Part shown: one piece after another, positions 37,448 to 50,880 of the stretch
Layout of the letters: each line of letters begins with the position of its first letter
Position numbering within the stretch: position 1 is the stretch's first letter
Origin: Octopus vulgaris
Lineage: Eukaryota
Length of the DNA stretch: 64,000 nucleotides
Assembly: GCA_951406725.2 (NCBI GenBank)
Contig: OX597831.1
Location: 49,042,001 to 49,106,000 of the forward strand
Direction of reading: 5' to 3'
Program-made: the position numbers and the translations under genes
Notes under the pieces: generated by a model
Database searches by the model: none
What the model saw: only the letters and a program-made list of their open reading frames with translations
What the model was told of the DNA's origin: nothing

Positions 37448-38018
37448 TCATATAATCGAAAAATAGACAGTCCGACAACAGAAGTTGGAATTTCACCTTT
37501 TGACAGGAATTTTCCAGGTTCTTCCTTTTTTCAAATTATAACATTTTGGAAATTTTGTCAACTTATTTTCTCCAAAGCACCCGCGGATAGTGGTAAAAAT
37601 CGATTTTCAGCCGTAACTTTTACCAATTTCCACGTGAGTTAAGGCGAGAAACAAAAATAAAGGGCAAATATTTAGATTAACACCCGCTCGATTTTAACCA
37701 AGAAAAAACTCGAACTTTTTGCGTGGAATCAAGTACCCTGACCTCATAATATGCTACAGATCACTTATTTTAGTTCGGTAAGGAAGTGGGGTGAGGGGAC
37801 ACCCCCCCCAATCCCGGATCATTAGGAATTTTTTCTTTTCGTTGAATGAATTTCTGTGACCTGCTAATATGCTACAAAACCCTTTTTAGGGATAGAAAAT
37901 CGGTGTGAGTTGGAAGCCTCGGAAATTCTAACCACTCTTATTTTACAGAAAAAAATTTCCAAAGTGAATTATATGGTTCGTCATTGAATAGAGTAGAGAA
38001 CGTGATATTATATATATA

Positions 38019-39290
38019 CTAGCAGTATCGCCCGGCGTTGCTCGGGTTTGTAAGGGAAATAACTATATAAGCATTTTTAGAGAGTTATAGCAAAAAAATG
38101 GAAAATAAATGATGGTAAATTTCTTTTTAAATCGTTGACTCATCGTAGACATTTTTAGAGAGTTACTTCCCTTATATAATAGCGAAAAAATGGAAAAAAA
38201 TGATGGCAAATTTTTTTTTAAATCCTAGACTCATCGTAGACGCGCGCTAATACCCAGAAGGGCTCAATATGAATCACGACTCGGTTTTGGTTAAACTGCA
38301 CCGCAAAATGTGGGAGTAGTTAGGAATCTAAATCATGAGACAGACACACAACTTCACTTTTATGTATAAAGACTAGCAGTATCGCCCGGCGTTGCTCGGA
38401 TTTGTAAGGGAAATAACTATATAAGCATTTTTAGTGAGTTATAGCAAAAAAATAAAAAAATGCATTAAAAATGGAATAAAAAATGATGGCAATTTTTTTA
38501 AATCGTTGACTCATCGTAGACATTTTTAGATATAATAGCGGGACATTTTAGTCCCTTATATAATACGAAAAATGCATTAAAATGGAATAAAAAATGATGG
38601 TAAATTTTTTTAAATCGTAGACTCATCGTAGACGCGCGCTAATATCCAGAAGGGCTCGATATGAATCACGACTATAAGATACCCGGTTTTGGTTACACTG
38701 CACCGCAAAATGTGGGAGTAGTTAGGAATCTAAATCGTAGGAGACAGACACACAACCTTACTTTTATATATAAAGATTTGTGCAACAACTAAAACATTCG
38801 GTTGTGCAAATTGTTTGCACAGGAAACCTGCCCTGTGTGGCGGTAATTGCCGTTTTTGTGGATCTGTTTCAGCTTTTTTAGCGATTTCTGTTTTGGCGAC
38901 TTCAAGCAATGAAGTCGTTGTTCTAAAAGAACGCTGGTCTCCTTGACAACGCATTACGACGTTGATTTCCTTACACTCCCTTCACAGCTTCATGAGGGAG
39001 GGAAGAAGGGGGAGAAGCAACACAGGTGCAGATGTGAGCATGGACGCCAACTCCGCCGCCATCGACACATGAAAAAATATGCATTAAAATGGAATAAAAA
39101 ATGATGTTAAATTATTTTTAAAATCGTAGACTCATCGTAGACGCGCGCTAATACCCAGACGCGCTCGATATGAATCACGACTATAAGATACTCGAATTTG
39201 ATTAAACTGCACCGCAAAATGTGGTTGTAGTTAGGAGTCTAAATCGAATGGGACAGACTCTCACACAACTACAGTTTTATATATATATAT
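38019..39290 (-). mobile_element. Helitron tandem cluster (38019-38372, 38373-38776, plus a longer variant to ~39290)
   Basis: Same termini and CTAG|TC junction at 38372/38373; truncated copies also at 27321-27607 and 35256-35540. Confidence 0.7.
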
Positions 39291-41536
39291 ATATATATTT
39301 TTTCAACCATAACTTTTAGCAATTTTGATGTATTTTGTTCAAACTCGGTGCCAGCATTACTTAGGACTCATGGGATCTTTGATTGCTTTAAGTTCTTCGG
39401 GAGAAAAAAAATCGATAAACCGATTCCTTATGGGATTTCCCAATCAAATTGTCTGAAACCCATTTTCAGCCAAACGTTTACCAATTTCAACGGATTTCGC
39501 TCAAATTTGACGTCAGTGTTACTTAGTTTGGCCTGAAACAAAGCGCTTCTCCCGGTACTAGTCGCGTAGAATGGACCCGGTTTGCGCGCATCCCCGCTGG
39601 CAAGTCGTAGATAGTAGATCCTACAGCGACTTGCGTATGCAAATGATCTGATTGGCGCAACATTCCAAAAAATAAGTTAATAGCGAGCCCAAACATTTTT
39701 TTTTTTAAAGTAGACCACTACAGGCGACAATTCACTTGTGTTTACTCTGAATAGCTACGGCAAACTTCGTTAACCATTCAGCTATGCTCGTTCTCTTTCA
39801 ACTGGAATTTAACCACTGACAAACCCTAAATTATTAGACATTTTGGTCGTGGCCATCCCGCTTTGTTGTAAATACAATACTGCATTGTTCAGTATGACTT
39901 TTAAAAAAATTCGGCTGCTATTTCTAACAGCTCGGTGGAAGATATCTCTTGACCGAAGTTGTACAAGGTCTGTGTTTGCTCCTTGTTTTCAGTTTCTCCA
40001 AAGACCCATCTGAACTCTCGTCTTTAACTTCAGCTGAACAGTTCCCAATCCCAAGAGTGCCCTGGTCGTGCAGACCTGATCAAAGGAGTTTATTTTTAAC
40101 CAGACGTAAAGTAACCCTTTACTTCATAGAAATGTTTTATTTCTACGTGGGGGAAATTTGGTTACTATAAGTTTACATTGAAGAGACTTGGTCGTTGACA
40201 GGAGCCTCATAAGTTAACGCAGTGAACCATTTCATACGAGGCAACTAAATTCTGACCCCACGTTGTTGGCTTGTCACCAGTAACCGATTTTCCTATTGAA
40301 GCCTACAGTAAAATTACCTTGTTGGGTTTTAAAACTTTTTTTTAAATTTTCATGCTGCAGTTTGCCGTAGCTATTCAAAGTAAACACGAGTGAATTGTCG
40401 CCTGTAGTGGTCTACTTTGAAAAAAAAAATGTTTTTCAATGCTTCTAATTGTTTTGTAACGAAAAAAAAAAACGCAATTGTCTTTAAAATAATATACACC
40501 GTATATCGTTGAAAAATATTTCCTAAGCTTCAGTAGGGGCTCGCTATTAACTTAGTTTTTGCAATGTTGCGCCAATCAGCTCATTTTCATACGCAAGTCG
40601 CTGTAGGATCGACTACCTACGGACTGGCTAGCGCGGATGCGCGTGTGCGCAAACCGGGTCCAGTCTACGCGTTATAATGCCTGCTATCCAATGTATCCCT
40701 TGAGATTGCCCCCCCCCCCCAATCCTCTTTACAGTCTTATGCAGTAGATCCGTAAGTACTATACTCGTGAAAGTGCCGTCTGAAGCGGATCGCCCCATAC
40801 GCTACAGGCATTGATTGTAAAAGTCTTTCGTCAGTGGTTTGTTTTATAAAATATTCTATTTAAGAGTGAAATTTTTATACTTCAATGGAAATTTTTTCTT
40901 GAATGTATGTCTATATTTCAACGAAACACGATATTACTTTTTCCGGCATCAAACAACCGGTCGTACATACAGTGGACTGTGTTTAGCCTCTTGTGGGTAG
41001 TAAAGAAATAGGTATCGTATACGTACTTGCGTACGTGCGTCCGTGCGGATGTGTGTGTGTGTGTATACTCTACTTGTTCCCCACCAACGCTTGACAACCG
41101 GCGCTGGTTAGTTTTCATCTTTGTAAAAGAAATAGAAACCATTGTGTAATCTGGGGAAGATTTTGCTGTTATATCTAGCATGCCTAACGATCATGTAAGA
41201 TACTCTTTTGTTGGCTCGTTTTGTGTAGTAAATGTATTACAGTAAATATCTTTATCGGTAAACTTACAAATAAAACTGGAATTGTCTCCCTTGTTCATTT
41301 ACCGTTACTGTTGGATTAAACAAGGCTATAATTTCTAAATTTTATAATATTTCAAAAAATTAAAGCATTATCTTACTAAACTATTGAATTAGAAATAATA
41401 AGTGTTAGTAGTTGACTTATAATATATATAATGAAAATTGCTGAAAAATTAATATTTCAAGGTAATATTAGAGGCAATATCAGTGAAGTTACAATGCAAA
41501 TATCGTTTATATGAGATTAGTGAACGCGAAAAAAAT

Positions 41537-41699
41537 ATACTTACCTGGCACAGGAGTAAACCATGATCATCTAGGTGGTTCTCCCAAAGTGAGGCCCTTC
41601 CATTGCACTCCGGTTGGGTTGACCTTTGCGATCGCCCCAAATGTGGGCGACTCGGGTGCGCTATTTCTAAGTGTGGGGTCTGCGTTCGCGCTCACCCCG
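41537..41699 (+). ncRNA. U1: U1 snRNA gene, copy 9
   Basis: Full U1 motif set and upstream block. Confidence 0.96.
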
Positions 41700-42143
41700 T
41701 CATATAATCGAAAAATAGACAGTCCGACTACAGAAATTGGAATTTCACCTTTTGACAGGAATTTTCCCGGCTCTTCCTTTTTTTCGTTTGTCTTTCAAAT
41801 TACGAAAGACATTTTGGCTGGGTTTTGTCAACTTATTTTCTCCAAGACACCCGCGGATAGTGGTAAAAATCGATTTTCAGTCATAACTTTTACCAATTTC
41901 CACGTGAGTTAAGGCGAGAAACAAAAACAAAGAGTAAATTTTTTAGATTAACACCCGCTCGATTTTCACCAAGAAACAACTCGGACTTTTTGCGTGGAAT
42001 CAAGTACCCTGACCTCCTAATATGCTGCAGACCACTTAATTTAGTTCGGTATGGAAGTGGGGTGAGCCCCCCCCCTCCCCAAACCTGGAGTCATAAGAAT
42101 TTTTTCTTTTCGTTGAATGAATTTCTGTGACCTGCTAATATGC

Positions 42144-43865
42144 AACCAGATCACTGACGACCCCCAGGGAATGCGCAGAACTCATTGCCGAGTGCTATGC
42201 AAACATATTCACTGTTGAAAGTCAAAATGTACCATCTTCACCATCTCTAACAGCAAATTCCACAACAACTATGGAATTTACACCTGCAATGCTGCGACGT
42301 CACCTTCAAAATAAGCGCAGCTATGCCTCCCCTGGTCTCGATGGAGTTACATACCTGCTTCTCAAACGTGGCAGGTACTTCCTTTTACACCAGCTTTCTA
42401 TTTTCTTCCAGTACTGTCTCAACAATGGTGCTACTCCGGAGCAGTGAAAAACTGCCAGTGTCATTCCTCTGTTCAAAAAGGGCGACCGCACATCACCTGT
42501 CAACTATCGCCCAGTCAATCTCACTAGCAGTATTGCAAAACTGATGGAATCGTGTGTCAGAGAAACACTTTGGAACTTCTGGAGCTCTCACAGTCTCATC
42601 CGACCCTCACAATATGGATTTGTCCCTAACTCCAGCTGCAGTGATCTGCTTGTCGAGTTCCTTGAGGACATTACTCAGATCACTGACAGTGGCTCATGAC
42701 TGGATGTTTTCTACCTTGACTTTGCTAAGGCTTTCAACTCTGTGCCACACAAAAGGCCTATGGTGAAACTCTCTGCAATGGGTGTGAGGGATGACCTTTC
42801 TAACTGGTTGAAATCCTTCATTCTCAGCCGAAAGGAGGTAGTCACAGTTCTAGGACAGCATTCTACACCATATGAGATGTCATCGGGTGTACCACAGGGA
42901 TCTGTCCTTGGTCCCCTCTTGTTTGTGGTATACATTAATGACATAGATGCCAATTTAAAGAATGCCACAGTATTGAAATATGCAGACGACATCAAGCTGT
43001 ACCTTGAAATCAAGAGGACAGATCCTGTTGTCTACAGCTCTTTCCTGCAATCAGACCTGGACAAAATGCAGCAATGGATCACAGACTAGCAACTGAAACT
43101 GGCTGTGGACAAGTGTACCACCATGCATTTTGGGAGAAAAAACCCTGCGTCCACATACTCCCTCCACAACACTGATATCAAGAAATCCTCTTGCGAGCGT
43201 GACCTAGGCATCTCTGTCAGCAGTGAGTTGCGTTGGACAAAGCATATCTCTAAAATTGTCAAGAAGGCCGAGGGTGTCTTGGCATCACTCAGCAATACTT
43301 TTGTTAGCCGCTCTCCAGCCATCTATTTAAAACTGTATACAGCTATGGTACGACCACACTTGGAATTCGCATCATCAATTTGGAACCCCTATCTTGCTCA
43401 GAACATTGACCTCCTGGAATCTGTCCAGAGACGTGCAACCAAACGCATACCCTCCATCAGACACCTACCATATTCTGAGCGCCTTGTTTCCCTGGGCATG
43501 GATTCACTGAAGCTCCGGCGTCTGGCGACGGACTTGGTAAACACCCACAAAGTTATCAACCACCTCACCAACAACAACACTGAACACCTTTTTGATCTCC
43601 ATGTGTCTAACACACGTGGACATGCCTACAAAGTCAGAAAACAACACAGCTCCCATGACTTTCGGAAACATTTTTTAACGCTCAGAGTTGCTGAAGCATG
43701 GAATAAACTGCCTGCGTCAGTTGTTGACTGCCATGACACTGCATCCTTTAAGGCCCTCATGCTTTCCGAAATCCGCCGTAACTACACCTGATTATATATA
43801 CACTTTAGATGAGTTGTAGTGCACCTGAGCACTGTACACAATGTTTTATTATTACTATTATTATT
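42144..43865 (+). mobile_element. 5'-truncated CR1-type LINE, copy C
   Basis: Same insertion site and shared stops; lacks the frameshift of copies A and B. Confidence 0.92.
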
Positions 43866-44010
43866 AAAACCCTTTTTGGGGATAGAAAATCGGGGTGAGT
43901 TGGAAGCCTCGGAAATTTTAACCACTCTCATTTCACAGAAAAAATTTTCCAAAGTGAATTATATGGTTCGTCATTGAATAGAGTAGAGAACGTGATATTA
44001 TATATATATA

Positions 44011-44385
44011 CTAGCAGTATCGCCCGGCGTTGCTCGGGTTTGTAAGGGAAATAACTATATAACCAATTTTAGAGAGTTATAGCAAAAAAATGCATTAAAA
44101 ATGGAAAAAAAATTATGGTAATTTTTTTTTTAAATCGTTGACTCATCGTAGACATTTTTAGAGAGTTACTTCCTTTATATAATAGCGAAAAAATGCATTA
44201 AAATGGAAAAAATGATGGTAAATTTTTTTTTAAATAGAAGACGCGCGCTAATACCCAGAAGGGCTCGATATGAATCACGACTATAAGATACCCGGTTTTG
44301 GTTAAACTGCACCGCAAAATGTGGGAGTAGTTAGGAATCTAAATCGTAGGAGACAGACACACAACTTCACTTTTATATATAAAGA
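44011..44385 (-). mobile_element. Non-autonomous Helitron, complete
   Basis: 5' TC, 3' hairpin plus CTAG, inserted between A and T. Confidence 0.8.
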
Positions 44386-45116
44386 TATATTTTCAACCAT
44401 AACTTTTAGCAATTTTGATGTATTTTGTTCAAACTCGATGCCAGCATTTCTTAGGACTCATAGGATCTTTGATTGCTTTAAGTTCTTCGGAAAAAAATAT
44501 CGATAAACTGATTCCTTATGGGATTTCCCAATCAGATTGTCTGAAACCCACTTTCAGCCAAACGTTTACCAATTTCAACGGATTTCGCTCAAATTTGACG
44601 TCAGCGTTACTTAGTTTGGCTTGAAACAAAGTGCTTGAATAGCTTAATAATCGTAACTTAATCCGGGCAACGCCGGGCTATACTGCTAGTGTGCGTGTAT
44701 TTTTAGTGGAAAAGGTGTGAGATTTGGTGTTGATTCTAGCACACCACCGAAGACCACTCCCCCGAAAGTAACACTCATGTGGTCTATTGGTGGGATATAA
44801 GCAACAACAAGAAGAAGCAAAAGATGGTAATTAAAATAATTTATCCCCCATCTCAATGTGTGTGTGTAAGGAAAAACTTTTTCTAATAGAAAAGTATATT
44901 GTTAAAACGAATTATCTTTTACATACCACTTTTTTGAAATCACTGTTTATAAGTGCCCGTAATGACCTTCCCAGGCTCTAAAATATTTTGTATTACGAAG
45001 AGAAACAATCGAGGCCAGGCAGTGGGATTGAAAAAAAAATCATAAATTAAAAAAGAAGTTTTTATTGCGTAAATGTGTTTATGGAGTGAAAAATATTGAA
45101 ATACATTCATACATTC

Positions 45117-46446
45117 GGTACTTGTCAATTGTCGTGGTCCTGGTTTTGCACACGCGAATTCGCGCGCGCGCGCGCCAGACGTAGGTACTCGATACTCGAG
45201 ATCCTACGAGGTGACTTGCGCATGCGCAGTGCAGAATTCGCGCGTGCGCGTTAAACCCCCCCTAAAAAAAAAGGTGTTGGATTTCACTAAAAATATATGT
45301 GTGTGTGTGTGTGTGTGTATATATAACATTTTCAATTTTACACAAAAAAATTACATAGTCGCTTTCCTCGCGGATTTACAGAGAAATGAATTAATTACTA
45401 TTTTACAGAATAAAATTAATGAATTAATTATATAAATTAAATAATTCTTGAAAATTAATTAATATTAATAATATTTTTTGAACAAAGTAAATAATTTATA
45501 AAACTTGGTTAATAATTTTTTTTACACAAACGCGAACGTATATAATTTGTGAAACTTTTTTTTTTTTACAGACGTATATAATTTGGTAAACTTAATGAAT
45601 TAATTTCTTCTCATCATCATCATCGTTTAACGTCCGTTCTCCATGCCAGCATGGGTTGGACGGTTCGACCGGGGATCTGGGAAGCCAGAAGGCTGCACCA
45701 GTCTCCAGTCTTATCTGGCAATGTTTCTACAGCTGGATGCCCTTCCTAACGCCAACCACTCCGAGAGTGTAGTGGGTGCTTTTTACATGCCACCCGCACA
45801 GGTGCCAGGCGAGGCTGGCAACGGCCACGGTCGGATTGGTGCCAGTCGAGGCGGCTCTGGCATCGGCCACGATTCGGATAGTGCTTTTTACGTACCACCA
45901 GTCCAGGGGTCCTGGCATTTGCCGGGTGCCACACTTGCCCCAACATGTCTTCGCAAGCAAAGGGGGTTGGCATGGGTGCCTGTCGTGGGATGAGGTTCGA
46001 TATCAACTTCGCTTGCCTCAACAGGTCTTTGTGTATAAATGTATAAATTTTTCGCACTAAATTCTTTCCGTAGAATTTATAAAAAAACGCGCAAAATTAT
46101 TCCGTAGACTTTATCAAATTAAAAAACGCAAAATTAATATATTTTTTGAAATTGCAAATTATTTAGAATATAAAACAAATTAAGTTAAATTTTAAAAATA
46201 AATGTCATATACTTATACTCTGTAAGGTGCTGTGTTCACACTTCAATTTACTATTTTCTAGAAATGTTGCTTTTCTAATTGAAACAATTTTTCTCAATCT
46301 CCATTTAAAAGTCCATAATGCCTCTTGAGCCATATCAAAATGAACAACTTTGAATTACCCGGTGGTGGTGGTGGTGGTGGTGGTGGCGAGCGCGCGCGCG
46401 CGAATTCGCGTGTGCAAAACCGGGACCACGACAATTGACAAGTACC
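45117..46446. mobile_element. Mutator-like non-autonomous element with 9-bp TSD CATACATTC
   Basis: ~55-bp TIR GGTACTTGTCAATTGTCGTGGTCC..; TSD at 45108-45116 and 46447-46455. Confidence 0.85.
45611..46031 (-). mobile_element. Retroposon 3' end with (TGA)n tail nested in the Mutator-like element
   Basis: CATGG..GGACGTTAAACGATGATGA tail; family members also at 48271-48696, 52190-52400, 53065-53240 and 55911-56125. Confidence 0.75.
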
Positions 46447-47278
46447 CATACATTCTTTAGTGAGAAAGAAACAACGAGGGTTGTCATAGGATGTGCTAGA
46501 AACAACAGCCAAATCACCCTTAAATCACACACACACTTTTTCTTCTGAGAATATTTACAATTTTTTTTTTCTACTGGAAAGTCCGATCGGGATCTTTTCT
46601 TTTTGAAGGCGATCCCAGATTTTTTCTTTTACATAATGTTTTCTTGAATGTATGTCTATATTTCAACGAAACACCGGCATCAAACAACCGGTCGTACATA
46701 CAGTGGACTGTGTTTAGCCCCTTGTGGGTAGTAATGAAATAGGTATCTATACAGATATCGTATACGTGCTTGCGTGCGTGCGTGCGAATGTTTGTGTGTG
46801 TGTGTGTATGCTCTACTTGTTCCCCACCAACGCTTGACAACCGGCCCTGGTTAGTTTTCATCTTTGTAAAAGAAATAGAAATCATTGTGTGTAATTTGGG
46901 GAAGATTTTGCTGTTATATCTAGCATGTCTAACGATCATGTAAGATATTCTTTTGTTGGCTCGTTTTGTGTAGTAAATGTATTACAGTAAATATTTTTAC
47001 TGGTAAACTTTCAAATAAAACTGGAATTGTCTCCCTTGTTTATTTACCGTTACTGTTGGATTAAACAAGGCTATAATTTCTAAATTTTATATTTCAAAAA
47101 ATTAAAGCATTATTTTACTAAACCATTGAATTAGAAATAATGAGTTGTAGCAGTTGAGTTATAATATATATAATGAAATTTGCTGAAAAATTAATATTTC
47201 AAGGTAATATTAGAGGCAATATCAGTGAAGCTACAATGCAAATATCGTTTATATGAGATTTGTGAACACCGATAAAAC

Positions 47279-47441
47279 ATACTTACCTGGCACAGGAGTA
47301 AACCATGATCATCTAGGTGGTTCTCCCAAAGTGAGGCCCTTCCATTGCACTCCGGTTGGGTTGACCTTTGCGATCGCCCCAAATGTGGGCGACTCGGGTG
47401 CGCTATTTCTAAGTGTGGGGTCTGCGTTCGCGCTCACCCCG
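47279..47441 (+). ncRNA. U1: U1 snRNA gene, copy 10
   Basis: Full U1 motif set; 3' flank shared with copy 4. Confidence 0.96.
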
Positions 47442-48696
47442 TCATATAATTAAAAACAGACAAAATTAAGAAGGATTCTCCCGCAAATCAAATAAAGAAT
47501 AGCTGCTCTCGGTCTACAGCTATTGTACACAAACATTGTTTTTTGTTAAATCCATTTGCACTTATTTTCCTACAGCCTTTCAACGGTCGTTGGCGCCCCC
47601 CCCCATCCTCTTATCATATGAGAACCACTGAGTTAACGTACAAAACACTCGCAATAATATTTTGAACTGAGCACTAAAAGTTGCTTGTTGTGTGAATGAT
47701 TTCGTGTTTTCACTTGTGTTACACTGTCTTGTTTCTATAAACTAGTGGAGGGAAACTTTTTCTGTCCACTGACAACCGGGGGGGGGGGGGGCTTTTTTGT
47801 TTACATAACCGTTAATTAGCGGTTTGGGAAAATAGACTTAAAAACGATAGGTACTGGGGTTGATTTATTCAATTAAAATCTTTAAGGCAGTGCCCCAGCA
47901 TGGCTGCAGTCCAATGACTGAAACTAGAAAAACAAAAGATTTTTGTTTTTGGCAATATCGTTCATGAACTGGTGATTGTCAAACACTCACACACCTTCGG
48001 CCACTGCGTGGCACCTTGGGCAAGTGTCTTCTGCTGCCAACCAAAGCCTTACGACTGGATTCAATAAATGGAAACTTAAAGAAGCCCTTCATATATATAT
48101 ACATGCACATATAACGACAGATTTGTACCCCAGCCCCCACTGACTTTGTTGCCTCATACCTACCATCATTTCTTCTCAATATTCAAGCCAGTTATAAACT
48201 AGGCGGAAAGATAAAAAGAATGAGATGAGATTACTTCGATTAAAATTTATCTTCAAAACAAAGCCGGCCTTCATCATCATTGTTTAACGTCCGCTTTCCA
48301 TGCTAGCATGGGTTGGACGGTTCAACTGGGGTCTAGGAAGCCAGGAGGGCTGCATTAGGCCCAGTCTGATCTGGCAGTGTTTCTACAGCTGGATGTCCTT
48401 CCTAATGCCAACCACTCCATGAGTGCAGTAGGTGCCTTTTATGTGGCAGACGAGGCTGGGAACGGCCATGATCGGTTGGTGCTTTTTACATGCCACTGGC
48501 ACGGAGGCCAGTCAGGGCGGCACTGGCAACGGCCACGTTCGGATGGTTCTTATACGTGCCAGCAGCACTGCTATCACAACTACAATTTCCATTGATTTTT
48601 GAGCAATTTCGATTCTGATTTCACTTGCCTCAACAGGTCTTCGCAAGCAGAGTTTTGTGTCCCAAGGAGGAAAGTTATGCATAAGTGGGCTGGCTA

Positions 48697-49060
48697 CATC
48701 CTGAAATTCCAAGATCACCTTGATGGTGCATACACCAAGCTCCTGATGATGGCTCAAAAAATATCATGGCATGAGCCCAAAACCAAAGAGAAAATTTATG
48801 GATACATTACACCTATATCTAATATTTTTGCAAAGTAGTCTTTGCTGTCATGCTGAACATCAAGCTATATTAGATGTTATGTTTGGAGACTTCCACATTC
48901 TAATAGAGGATGAAGACTCTTCAACAACAATGATGTTATAGGCTGTGACATACATGAAATTGAGGACCTGCAAAAAATAAAGATAATGAGGAGGGGGCAG
49001 AGATTCCTGGTGCAGCATATCAGTTGTGGTCACTTGAAGAAGATGAAAGAATTGTGGCAG
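48697..49060 (+). mobile_element. Decayed RTE-type LINE fragment
   Basis: LDGAYTKLLMMAQKISW..KEKIYG..PIS resembles an RTE ORF2 C-terminal region. Confidence 0.55.
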
Positions 49061-50653
49061 GTATGTGTCTAAGTGGGGAAACATAGCCAGAAGGATGCAA
49101 TTCTGGAGAAGTAAAAGAAAAAAAAAAGCTTACAGATCCTTGGAAATGAGATAGTATGTGTTGGCAGGAGATGAATATGAACTGAGAAAAGCTTAATATC
49201 AAAGAAGCCTTTATAAAAAGGACAGAATTTAGTTTTTTGAGAAAGAGGAGGTGTAATTTTATTGGTTGTAGTCTAGATTTCAAATGTAATGGAAACAAAT
49301 TCATCACAAGGTTTTGGTCTAGCAGAAGACACTCGCCCAAGGTATTACACATGAGATTGAACCTAAAACCATGTGGTTGAGAAGCAAACTTCTCTACACA
49401 ACCACATATCATTAATAAGCATGATCAGCTATAAAATTCCTGAATTTGAAGAATTATGCAACACATAAGTTTATTAAAGTTTGTTTTCCATCAATAGCTA
49501 GTGTGATGCAGTGGAATGTAACATGAATTTCAAGATGTTATATAGCTAAAGAATATCTCTTCCCTTTGACAATAAATTTTTGCCCCTAGAAGGATGTGCA
49601 ACATTAGCAAGCTAAGAAACAAATGAACATTAACAAAACACCTATTAATTAAACAGTGATATGTAAGGTGGTGAGCTGGCAGAATCGTTAGCACACCAGG
49701 CAAAATGCTTAGCAGCATTTCGTCCGTCTTTATGTTCTGAGTTCAAATTCTGCCAAGGTCAAATTTGTCTTTCATTCTTTCAACATCGATAAAATAAGTA
49801 CCAGTTGAACACTGGGGTCAATGTCATCATCATCATCCTTTAATGTTCGTTTTCCAGGTTCCAGTATCATTTGGCTTGGTTTCTATGGCTGGATACCCTT
49901 TCTAATGCCAACCATGTGTGCTGGGTGCTTTTAACATGACACTGGCATAAGCGTTTTTACATGGCACCAACATGAGTGCTTTTAATGTAGCACCAGAACG
50001 GCACTCTTGTAGGCGAAGCCTCTTCATCAGGAAGATTGGCATTAACAGTTCTGCTGTGGAAGACAGCCCCTCCTCCAAAACTGCTGATCTTGTGCCAAAA
50101 TTTGAAATGAATTAAATAGTGATACAACTGTTTCAAATTTCAAGCTATGTCTCATGGCACTTATTTGGTCAGGCCAGTAAAATTTTTATGGTCAGTGACA
50201 ACAGAACAGTAATAGGATTTGAACTTTAACTATCAATCTAGTAAGGAGATACTTTAACCCCTCGACTAACTGTAACACAGTTGACAATGCATTAAAATAT
50301 TTATAAAAGTCTAAAAAAAAATATTTGGAAAACAGAACAGAGAAAAGATCAACATTGACTAAAACTTTACACATGAAAAATTTTTTATTTCTTCCTTTTA
50401 CAAAACAGAATAAATACATACATAAATACATTTTTAAAAAAAAATCTCAGCAACTGATATGTTAAGTCAACAAATACTGAACACAAAAATTCAAATAATT
50501 GTTACAGTAAAGCACATTCTTCATAAGGCATTTGTGTGTATGTCTGTTATGTGTGTGTGTGTGTGTAATGTATGTATATACATACATATGTGTGTGTGTA
50601 AATATATATAAAAAGTTTGTGCGTGTGTGTGTTACTCAAAAGCTTTATTTAAC

Positions 50654-50720
50654 TCAAGCAACTCCTCCAATCTTCAGAATGTCATTTGCCAGAGATGTAA
50701 TTGCAATATCTGCTGTAGAG
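50654..50720 (-). CDS. ULK4: ULK4 last coding exon ((S)STADIAITSLANDILKIGGVA*)
   Basis: AG acceptor with pyrimidine tract, phase matches the previous exon, TGA stop, AATAAA at 50644-50649; similar to the ULK4 C-terminus as I recall it. Confidence 0.85.
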
Positions 50721-50880
50721 CTGGAAGAGAAAGATTATACAAGTGAGATTTAAGGTAGTTTCTTTTTTTTAATCATTTTTATAATTTAAGTTCACCAAAT
50801 GTCTAGTTTATTGCAACTTCTTGTATTTAACTCTATTTTCCAAATATCTCATCCTTCAGTTATGAAGATTTTGATATATA

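Noticed and set aside
25437-43865. CR1 as a site-specific element inserting three times
   Set aside because: Same 5' truncation region and shared inactivating stops indicate one insertion later duplicated
46335-46532. Poly-His and poly-Pro ORFs
   Set aside because: Translation of a (GGT)n microsatellite inside a transposon end
9795-47441. U1 copies as retroposed pseudogenes or U1-headed SINEs
   Set aside because: Full length, shared upstream block, 3'-box-like flank, no poly(A) tails or TSDs
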